Shown here: positions 33,703 through 44,050 of the stretch, piece after piece
Layout of the letters: every line of letters begins with the position of its first letter
Position numbering within the stretch: the first letter of the stretch is position 1
Origin: Nemertoderma westbladi
Lineage: Eukaryota; Animalia; Xenacoelomorpha
Direction: 5' to 3'
NCBI GenBank assembly: GCA_032718475.1
Contig: JAUCBJ010000125.1
Location: 1 to 56,454 of the forward strand
DNA length: 56,454 nucleotides
Program-made: the position numbers and the translations under genes
Notes under the pieces: generated by a model
Told to the model about the DNA's origin: nothing
What the model saw: only the letters and a program-made list of their open reading frames with translations
The model's database searches: none

Positions 33703-36700
33703 AAATTGGTATATTTGATATTTTTATAGGTTTTTTGAGGTTTGTTTTATAGTGCCCCCAAGGAAGCGATTGATTTTTATTAATCCAATAAAGTTTATCG
33801 TCAAAGCTACTGAGAGCAAATTTATTTTGCTTTAAGGTATAAATACGATGTAATTTAGATTGAAATCTGTGTATGTTTTTTTTTATTTCTTCATTTGAGT
33901 TATATGCTTTTAAATATTCTTCATGTGTAATATTCGTTTCCACAACAGCTCTTGTAATACCTTTTGCTCTACGAATATTTTTATTATTCCATTCCAAAAT
34001 TGAATATAATTTTGGTCTTAAAAATACTGCTTGTTTAATTTCACGTGGGGCTAGTTCGTCTTTACAGTAATAGAGCCTGGATTTATTTTTATCACTGTAG
34101 AGAGGGTGATCCTTGGGGTAATTGGATGTATCTAAAATATTATTTTTAATTAATGCTTTAAAAAAAATATTCTGCGATGTATTATAGTAACAACCTATCA
34201 AAGAGTCAGTGTCTGACGCAACAATTTCAATACGGCAGTTTAATTCTTTCTCAATAGGTAGCAATTTATTGTAAAACAGATCATACATATCCAATTTAGC
34301 CAAGTCCAACACAGTGCTACCAATAAATATAGGCTTATCGAGAGTTACAGAGTCTTTCACTAATAAATGTCCCGATAGTGTATTATTGTATATTATAAAT
34401 TGTTCATGATTAATACGATTTACCAATTGATCGCATTTATCATTGCTATTTGTAATACGAAAGTTACATCGATCTCTTATCTTTTCTATTGATTTGCCAA
34501 ACAGTGAATTATTGAGCAATTTCGCAACAGCTGTTTCAATGTAACTTTTTGCTAGGCGCCTTTGATTAATATTAAAATCAATGTAATTTTTAAATACAAA
34601 TTCTTGTTGAAAAGAATATAATTTATGTAGTTTAGTAACAATTAATCCATGTTTTATATAAAATTTTAACAGTTTCAAATGTAAATGATAAAACTCTTTA
34701 TCAAATTGTGTCAGCATGAGTTTTGGTATAGGCATTCTATATTTACGGGAGGTACCTCTTTGTATTGACAAGTTATTAAATTGTTCCCGCATATAAGGCG
34801 AAAGCATTGATTCATTTATACTTAAATGCTCAGGGGCTAACGGTAATTGTAATGTTTGATCGTGAATAGCCTTGGGATAATTTAAATCACATATTAAAAA
34901 ATATCCAGTAGATCCATCAATGTCTAAATCTCCCAAGTACTCGATTAGTTTTTCTGGAATTGCATTCTCTAAATGTTTAATACTTACTTCTTTGAATTGT
35001 GAGGTGGGTAGTTTTTTACTTAAATTCCCAGAATATAAAGAGTTGAAATCAATATTAAAAATATGGCATTCTTCCTTAGTTGAATCATATGTACTTGTAC
35101 CTGGTATATTTGATTCTATATAATGCTTTCGACAAAATGAAACACCACCCCTAATTGATTTTTCAAAATCTCTATATGTCTGATAATCCTTTATTAATTC
35201 TATTTTACATTTATTATATTTTAGCGCGCAATCATAGGTAAATGATGCGATACTACAGTAAAAAACCGCTTCTAAATCGTAATTTTGTTTACAAACATTC
35301 CTAAAATTCTCAAATATATCGGCAAGCAAACAAACATCGAGTTTTAAATAGGCTAAAAGATAATCTTTGAGATTCACGCAGTCGAATTCAACCCATGATA
35401 TTCCCGCAAACCTATAATCTTCAATTGTGCATGTTTTTGACTTAAGTTACTAAAAAAATTATTTATAGACGGCAAACCAGTATCATTAAATTTATTAATA
35501 TCTGTCAAGTACTCGTATGGAAATACTCCTTTCCGTTTAATTGTTGAGTTATTCAAGTTTGGATAAAAATATTTCATTTCTTGTAGAGTAATAGGTAAAA
35601 TTGAGCTTATATCATGACTGGCTACATCCTTTGTTGAACACTCAACTAAATTACTTAAAGAAAAGCTTAAAAATTGATATGTGTCTAAGAAACGTAACTC
35701 AATTTTCTTAGAAGTGTTTTTAATTGGGATAAACGCACTCAGTGAAATATATCGTTCTGTATTTCTCGGTATAACCTTTATATCCCAATCTGTGTATTTC
35801 TTATCTCTAAATCCGCTTTGTAATATACAATGTACATCATACTGATTGGCATTGTGCCCACAAAGTACATACAGGTATCGTTTCAACGATAAACTTCGGT
35901 TACAACTATTACAGGCTGCCGCAATATATTTACCTGTAATATGTGAATGATGTCTGTTTTTCCCTACTTTATTATTTAAAGTAACATTACAATAAAAACA
36001 AAATTTTGCTTGTTCAAAATTTACAAAATCAATATTAGTAAATGACATAGTTTTATGAGTGTATATGTCTGACCAACAACATAATTCAGTTATATCAGTA
36101 TATAATGAATCTAAGAAATCTTGAATACAATTATTATTATTTGTCTTTACAAATGTTTTCAAATGACATTTTGGAGGGTCAATTAATTCAGTATTGGGAA
36201 CAATTAAATAACTCACAGCACACGGTATATGCTCCTGTATAATTTGATTATTAACTGACGGTTGTAAGATACATTCTATATCAAAGTAGGTGACAAACAA
36301 TGGGGATAAGGTTCTATCTAAATTTGTAAAACTAATGTGTGTTCTTTTTTTAGGTAGTGTCTCTCGCTGACTTCTTCCTTGGTAGCAAGCGAGACGGTGT
36401 TGATGAAGAACTTCCGCACGAAAAAAATGAGCCAAACACCTTTCGCAATATTTCCTATTTTGGATATGAAGAGCTTTCGTATTCAGCAATCGATTCAAGT
36501 TAGTTATGGAAACATAATGATTCTGTTTAGGTACATTGTTATTTTTTACTACAAGTAATATATTTAATAACTGTTTATCGGGTGTAATTTTACTAAACGG
36601 AGGTTGTCTTAATATAGATACCGGGGTGCGTTTTTTGTCGTTATTCCAACATAGTAAATTAATAATATATTTTGAATTTTGTTTTTCAAAAAGTTTAATA

Positions 36701-37704
36701 GCTAGCTTCCACTCTGTTGGATAATCTTTGTTCCCATTGTCAAAAATGAAATGACTCATATAATTTTTGTACGACGAAGTACGGTTTTTGTGATCTTTCA
36801 CTTTGCTACTAAATTTTGCGGATATAATTGCCCATTTAAAACAGTTATTATCAGCCGATTTTACATTTATAACACATCGTTTAACTGATAAAGCCTTAGG
36901 TAATTCCATATATCCATGCCCCTTATATAGTAACGAGCTACACTTAGATTCAGCTAATTTAATTTCAACCCTTAATAAAGATTTAATACGCCACCCCGAA
37001 CCACGTGTGTTAAAGATGGCTATTTTTTGTAATATAATTTCCACAACATACTCAAACCATGTCTCAAAACTTTGCGGTGAATCTACAGTATTAATAGCAC
37101 CACCGGAAGAATTAAAATAAAAGGTTTCCAATTGTTCACCTTGTGAAAAATGTGATCTGTACATTAATACATTTAGACCTAACCACAGTCTAAGAACATT
37201 CACATCTTTCAATCTGTCTAATATTAACTGAAGAATATTACCTCGAATTTGCGTTAATGCTGTTTCTACATCGGGATAATCTCTAGAAGTTGGGAGGTCG
37301 TGGACATAAATTTCAAGACGATTATCGTGAGCTTCTTGTTCCCTCGTAAAAATTGTTGCGCATGTACCAAGAGCCACCCTTAAGTTTTTTCTGGATATTA
37401 TATTTTTATGTTGCGAAAATTTACGCTTTCTTGTGTAGTAACATTTCAAGTGACAATCGTGTCGTAGATAATCGTCATATGTATACTCTTTATTACAGGT
37501 AGAACAAGTCAATTGATAGGTGCGGAACTCCATTTCTTTACAACCAGTAGTTGTAAAATGTCGTTTACAAATTTCGCTGCATGAAGTCACGACATGACAC
37601 TTTAAACAAGAATAACTTTCAAAATGTGAGCGTAGGTGGCGTAAATAATTATGTCTAGTTACATTCATATGACAGAATGAACAACATATTGTTATTTTAT
37701 CCAT
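33650..37704 (-). pseudogene. Protein-primed family B DNA polymerase (pPolB) split by a 1-bp frameshift
   Basis: N-terminal C2H2-like fingers; DNNCF...HY (vOTU-like). ExoI FDIE, HNH/EndoVII-like insert CFYC...HSH.TG....ACNSCN, ExoII HNA..YD and ExoIII YLKLD. Polymerase motifs DFNSLY, KLLNNSLFGK and SDTDS. One extra base in the T5 run at 35434-35438 restores QKTCTIEDY...W..F.C.NLKDY. Confidence 0.95.
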
Positions 37705-37893
37705 GTTGAAGTTTGTTTAGATAAATAATAATAATAATAATAATAAAATATCTCCAAAGATTAAAATAAAATGAAATGAAATGTTATTGACTACATCTAA
37801 ACATTTATATGCTAGCGAGGGAAATAATTTTAAACCAATCACCAAACACATATGACTATTGGAAACCGTAAAGAGTTTAACTTATGATTAGGC

Positions 37894-38953
37894 TTACATG
37901 TTAGGATCTGGTTTCCATGGAGAATTAGTAACAGGCTCTACTAGAACTGGGTTACTGACAACTTTCTGTTTCTTTGCAGGTGATGCGTTGGTAAATTTAC
38001 TCGATGATCTTGGCTTCCAAGGTAATATTTCAGGAAAGACCTGTTGCGGTTGAGAGCAGCTCTCTTCAACATCCGGATTAGGTGATGGGATCTCTACGAA
38101 CGCTTTAGGTTTATCCAAAAGGACAAAGCCGTCAACGTGGGCTTCAGTAAGAGAAACACCATCCAGCGATTCTTTGAGAAAACTAATATGGGCTTTATCA
38201 TTCAAGTAATGCAACTCGATAGAATTTCCGCCGACACCTACTTCAGTAGAATTATCGGTGTTGGTGATAATAATTTTTTTATTATTGGTTTTAATCATTT
38301 TGAGACGGTCTGATAATTGAATGATATTTTTATCAAAAAGATGCTTGTCTGTTTCAGCAACTTGGTTGTCCCACTCTCGCAACAAAACAGTTAGTTCCTG
38401 TTTTGACAAATTGAAACCTGTATAATAGTTAAAACCAACACTATTCAACGTATCTGAGGCTGATTTTCCATAAGCCAACATAGTTGGTTCCTTTAAAAGC
38501 TGTTACAAATCCAATAAACTCTGGATTTGATAATTCAATGTAGAATTGATCGCTAATAATCTCTAGCGGTGGAGAGAGAAATTGCAATAATTTCCCTCTG
38601 TATTGAATTAGAACTTCAGTAAAAGCTTTGTTGAGAACTTTACATTTGCCTTGTTTCTGAACGTAAACATCACCCGATGTGGGGTTGATGGAAATATTCA
38701 AATTTCCCCGCGCAAAACGAAGAGTGGGATATATCCTACCTGGTATAATTGCTGGTCTGGATTGATGTTGGTTGTTGTTGGTTGTTTCTAGAATGTCTAA
38801 CATATAGCGGGTATCTTGATGGGAAAAACAAATTGATTCGTTGTCCTCCTGAGATTCCACAATAAAATACTTGCTGTGAACGACGGTACAAGTATATTTA
38901 TTGTAAGTAAATTTCCAGCTATTTGTTGCTCCAGTTTTTTGCGTTAAGGCCAT
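37894..38953 (-). pseudogene. PC4-like ssDNA-binding protein split by a frameshift
   Basis: VTAFKGTNYVGLWK at the end of ORF 38441-38953 and GFNLSKQEL..L in ORF 37894-38481 together form a PC4 pattern. Shift near the T4 run at 38464-38467. Confidence 0.65.
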
Positions 38954-39017
38954 AATAATAATAATAAATACGAAAAATATTACAAGTGATAAATTTTAAA
39001 CTGTATCGCTGTAATAA

Positions 39018-39301
39018 ATTGACACCATAGTTCTCACTCTAAAATTGTGTTTGGTCGGAAGACGACGCCTAAGAAAAATGTTGCTGAGTTCGACATTAGG
39101 TATCGACACAAAAACAAAAATCGGGTGAGACACGTAGCTCAGATTTTCGTTTTTAGGTCGATACCCAATGCTGGAATCAGTATCATTTTATGAGGCGTCG
39201 TTTTCCGACCAACGAATATACAACGAGTAAGATAATGTATAAATTATTAAGGAAATAACACAATGTCAGAGTGAGAACAAAAAATTAGATATGGTATCAA
39301 T
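39018..39301. repeat. Long imperfect inverted repeat (hairpin) flanked by 21-bp direct repeats
   Basis: TTGGTCGGAAGACGACGCCT (39051) pairs with AGGCGTCGTTTTCCGACCAA (ends 39212), with further inner and outer arms. ATTACAAGTGAT(A/G)AATTTTAA at 38979-38999 and 39316-39336. Confidence 0.9.
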
Positions 39302-39315
39302 ATATTACCATGAAG

Positions 39316-39356
39316 ATTACAAGTGATGAATTTTAATAAAAGCATTCAGTTATATA
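39316..39356 (-). promoter_or_regulatory. Putative TATA + initiator promoter for the leftward PC4-pPolB-TBP cassette
   Basis: Minus-strand TATATAA (39356-39350) and TCACTTGTAAT with its A 32 bp downstream, the same spacing as the left promoter. Confidence 0.6.
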
Positions 39357-39738
39357 TATAAAAATTTGCGATGTGGCATAGTCAACGAAGAAGAGATGGT
39401 ACGTGTCATAATCATCAACGAATAAGAAAAGAGATGGGGAGCAACGTGGATGAATAGCTGGCTGGTTGATTGCGTGGATAGGAAATACGTGAAAGAATAT
39501 GAATCATAGGGTTGTGTGTGTGTGCGTGTGTGTAATAATCAATAATTATTATAATAAAAAACGCACAGTATAATGTTAGCGGTGGAAGCCTTTCAATATG
39601 GCACAGATGCTGCGGGATCGGTTAGCTTGAGTAACTACTATGGAAATGTTGTTCGTATACGTGTAGCTGGAACGTGGCGGAATTTCAACACGTATCATAA
39701 TAGCGTTGGACTACTGGTAGGCCGCTTGGTTGGTTGGA

Positions 39739-40259
39739 TTGATTTGGTGACAGCAGTCGTGGAGTTGGCAATCGATATAATATTGGGTGGGGTATATGGG
39801 TGGTGATGCGTGTAGATGACCACGTCATCGTTAGTAGTGTTATGTATGTGGCTAGCTGGCTGGCTAGCTAGCGGTGGGTAAATAATCGTTGAGTTGGTTG
39901 GTTGGCAATCGATTCGATATAATATAATAGCGTAGTGAGGGGTGGGGGCTAGCCATGCGTTGAGAAGTTAGGTTACGCGAAGATGAATATGCGATGGTTG
40001 GTTGATGCAACGACACGAATCAATACTCGCGGGTGGTAACAGTTGTCGAGTAAGGCAGGCATCGTGAGGTTAGGCTACGCGTAGGTGATAAGCAACGATT
40101 GGTTGAAGGCAACGACGCGAATCAATACTGTTGGTGACAGATGGTCATTAAACACCTCGATTTAGCGCAGAAATTTGGCATTTTTTAATTGCCTCCGAGA
40201 TGCAGCCCGTAGCCCAAGCTAGGGAGGAGTTGCGTGAGATCTATGCTTCTCCTACTACT
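39739..40259 (-). repeat. Right TIR of the Polinton
   Basis: Reverse complement of 21473-21999; ends CCTACTACT. Confidence 0.95.
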
Positions 40260-40432
40260 AACCAGGGCGGCCGTCCCTGATTAATTATTAAGGCCTACCG
40301 GTATACAATACCACAATCGAATAATACTGCTGTACCTGTACTGCTGTAGGTACCGGTCCGGGTGATCAGGCAGTTAGGCCTACAGATTACCGGTCGACCG
40401 GTACTTTCGACTTGATTGCTTACACCGCAATC

Positions 40433-40451
40433 TAGAAGCTATATCCGTTAT
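40433..40451 (-). promoter_or_regulatory. Non-tRNA primer-binding position, complementary to an LTR-internal site (candidate self-priming PBS)
   Basis: Minus strand after the LTR reads ATAACGGATATAGCTTCTA. The LTR plus strand at 7623-7641 reads ATAACGGATATACGTTCTA. Confidence 0.6.
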
Positions 40452-41591
40452 TGTTTGCGCTTTTAAGACCTTTGGCAGTTTAACCTGCCAAATTGGGATG
40501 TCTTTTAGATGATAGATAGTCTTTAGCCTATGACGAGTATTTGATACACTACATTAGCCGAAACCAGTCTATGCGCAATCATTCACCCGCTGGATATACC
40601 CGGGAGACTGGATTCGGAAGCTTAACTTGATTGAGGTGCAAGCCTACTGTATTATTCGACTGATCGTAATATATATAATCTCTGACAAATATTATTTACT
40701 TTCGGGAAATATTAACAGTTCCTTTAGGACGTGGCGCTCTAAATATATAAACAGAGTTATGACTTAAACCAGACGCAACGGGATGGCTATAGATTCACAT
40801 ATATGGCGCATTCTTTAGGAAATGCTTCGTTATCAATCACTATCATACACAATGCTGCACAATGCTGCACACCAATCTGCCGACCTTCACTAATTTTAGT
40901 CACACACAAAGAGAATAACAGACAATACATGTAGGGCCTATAAAATAGCATTAGATTCACTTCAAACCAATTAACATACGTCGCAATCGTTTATATGTAA
41001 CCGGTCTCTCTAACCTTTAGTATATCAAGAAGATTGGGGTGTCTGACTATTGATCAGTATTCCAATATAATATTTCATCAACAAATATAATGAATAACAG
41101 ACAGCAAAAGCAGTAATGATTAGTTAATTGAGTGAACTAAGTGTGATTACGGATATACGTTCTATAATTAAGCCTACTAATGTTAAGCTAAAGACTGAAA
41201 CACGGAGGTTCCACGCCGGTGTTGTAGGCTGTGGAAGAAATCACATACACTGACTCAACTTCACGAGTTTCTATCTACCATCTAACACAGAGGCAAAAAA
41301 CGCTCTGATTGGTCGACCGAACAAAGAGAGAACAAAGGACAAAGAAATGTTCTATGTGGCAATATCAGCTGTTAGCCGTCGTCATGTTAGTGACACTGTT
41401 TTCAAGAGGATCCGGCTTATTGCGTCACAAAATTGCGGATTATGTCCTCTAAAGTACGCATACAGAAGAAATGACTTTTATGTCCTCTAAAACACCAGTA
41501 CAGTAAGGACACGGCCCTTTTATGCCTGGTAAACCAACTACAGAGTACTTTACGGGGAAAATAACCGGCTAATTACGCAAAAGCTTTTACA
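40452..41591 (-). repeat. 5' LTR of BEL element 1 (1140 bp)
   Basis: Direct repeat of 6960-8068, followed by the TSD ATTAG. Confidence 0.95.
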
Positions 41592-41895
41592 ATTAGTAAG
41601 TCATCATATCCTCCCATTCATTATTCCATTATATTACTGTGAATTGTAATAATTGTATACTTAGTGAATATATTATACTTGTGACCTCCTACATACTGTA
41701 GTCGAGTCATGTTTGTTTAGTTTAAGAAGATATAATTTGTTTCCATTTTCGTCTCTATTATTGTTTCTATAGTGTTTTGTGTAATAAAAAACTACAAACT
41801 TCGAATATAGGCCAATAAAAAAAACTATAAAAAAAAAGCCAATAAAAAAAAACACAGTATCAATTAGGCATAGGCAGATAGGCCTACCCTAATTT

Positions 41896-42082
41896 TTAAC
41901 CTGCGGGATTTTTCAGACCACCGTGTTAATCCAAAAGTTAAACGCGGGTCAGCCTAAACACCCAACTACACCCAACTTTTACCAACTTCCACCCAACTCT
42001 GCAACCACACCCAAATTTAATCCAACAGCATCCAACTTATACCAAACTACTGTATGGCACCAAACTTCCACAAATTACAATA
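41896..42082 (+). repeat. Probable piggyBac-type terminal fragment with CACCCAACT minisatellite
   Basis: Starts TTAA-CC. Segment 41946-42082 is an inverted copy of 46227-46409, which adjoins the piggyBac transposase 3' end. Confidence 0.5.
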
Positions 42083-42084
42083 TG

Positions 42085-42690
42085 TACACGTTCGTGGGGA
42101 CTTCGCGCAGCACGTAGTCGGCAAGCCTTGGCATACGGTTCATATAGAGCAAATGGGGCATGTCTAGTTTGGACCCAATATCCCATGCTATAAATGTATT
42201 CATTCGATATACAATCATATGTTAATCCGCTAGGTGGTGTCAAATTGTTATTCTGCAATTTCGTACTTACTGTACAGCAGTACCGTACCGGTAGGCCTAT
42301 GTCATTACTTCTGAGTCTCTAGCGGATCCCCAATTAAATGTCTTAACTTTTCAATTTCGTAAAAGATAGACTTCATGATTCTCTACAGGCCACCAAAATT
42401 TCAGCTCAGGAAAATGAGGCCTTCTCGAGAAATTTAACATTTTCTAAAAACCACATAATCTGTCGTAGCTGACGTCAGACTGCATGATTTTTCACCAAAC
42501 TTTACAATCTTTCTAAACTTTCTCTCTACTACTTACCTACTTAGTTTGGTTCAATTCCGAATGAGCGATGCCGAGAAATTCGCGTTCAAACATTTACCAG
42601 ACGGACGGACAGACAGACAGACGGACATGCCCCATTTGCCCTATATGAACCGTATGCCAAGGCTCGCCGACTACGTGTCTCGCCCCACAG
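42085..42690. mobile_element. Non-autonomous Helentron/DINE-1-like element
   Basis: ~52 bp subterminal inverted repeats (42111-42162 vs 42625-42677) and a (GACG/GACA)n microsatellite. Ends resemble those of 45776-46085. Confidence 0.6.
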
Positions 42691-44050
42691 TAACAAACTC
42701 TGAACTTCTTTGAGGGATTGCTGATATATGAACTTTTAAAAGTTGCATGTACTCGTACTGTATTTTGCCATCACTGCCCTGCAATTATGAAAATAACTAA
42801 CTACCATTTTATTTTTATTGCAGGTTGGTTCTAGAATAATTGATGAATTTAGCAATAAATATACAAAAGGAGAGACGCAGAGACTATTGGCGAACGATCC
42901 AGATACCTATAGATGTCTACACATACCACGCATCAAAACTCCAAACTAAAGCTACAGTATAAACTAAACTGGCGCTTTGGGATTGCGGTGAAAGTGAAAA
43001 CGGTATTGACACACAGGAGGGTCACCGCCACAGCCTTAACGACAAAATCGCATTGGAAACTTCTGCTGTGGGAATAGCAATGTAGATAATTCGTACAAAG
43101 TTAATTGAAATAAGTTATATATTATACAGTATGTTTAATGCAATTATAATAATGTAATTGTCCTTTATGTATCATAGAATACAAGAAAAAACTGTAACAT
43201 TATTTTCAGCGGCTTTATATTAAACTTTTGGCCTCTATACTGTATTAATAAATTTGTAAAGAAACAACAGAAATAATTTTAGAACTTTTTACATTTTTGA
43301 TAAACTAAAATGGGATCTGGTAAGATCTGTACAGATCAAGATAAATTCTGCAAAGAACTTATGATCTTCACATACAAGCAATGCCAGAATGGAGAAGATC
43401 TTTACGAGAATCGATAAGATCGTTATACAGTACTGATCTTAGTATAACTAATAATTCATCACACTAAGGTAGAGAATTGCGTACGTTGATCAACGTAATC
43501 ATATAGACGTGGCTTGTGGTCTCTAGTACATACAGTTTATGTACAGTAGGATATGCCAATATTCAGCTTATTTGATTACAAACAACGAAATGGGAGACGT
43601 GTATTTATCTTTCAGAAATTCCACCCATTCGAAAATCCTCATATGATCAACATGAGGTTTCCACGCTAAATTCTCACATGAGAATATGTCACACCCTTTA
43701 GGTGTGTTGCTACATAGTTGAATCCCAAGTGGGGTTTCCCATCGGGCTTTAATGTGGTTCACTTGGCGACGTGGGGTTTCATTATGGATGCTGTAATTTT
43801 GGGATGTAGAGCAATTGGACAACACCTTTCAGGACAATTAGTTCCAAAACTACATATTAATGGTGCTGAATTGTACGAATCTTCATTGTCTGGGCTGGGT
43901 CGGATTTTTATATTACGTAGCGCAGTTACTCTTATTGTCTTTGTTTATTATTTTGGTTCCATAATAAATTCATTATTCGCATGTTAAAAATATTGTAGTA
44001 CCCTTCTTTGTATTTTCTTACCTTTATCAGGGAGTCCAGTATAAGGTTAA

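Larger units (their letters stand above)
21473..40259. mobile_element. Complete Polinton/Maverick (adintovirus-like endogenous virus), 18.8 kb
   Basis: AGTAGTAG...CTACTACT termini and long TIRs. 6-bp TSD AACCGG (21467-21472) / AACCAG (40260-40265) with one mismatch. Core genes pPolB, INT, ATPase, PRO, MCP and mCP are present. Confidence 0.97.
6960..41591 (-). mobile_element. Full-length BEL/Pao LTR retrotransposon (~15.8 kb without the nested Polinton)
   Basis: Two TG...CA LTRs and a 5-bp TSD ATTAG at 6955-6959 and 41592-41596. Minus-strand gag-pol; purine-rich tract next to the left LTR. Confidence 0.95.

Noticed and set aside
35430-35440. Programmed frameshift in pPolB
   Set aside because: No in-phase X XXY YYZ heptamer; a 1-bp loss in a homopolymer is the simpler explanation.
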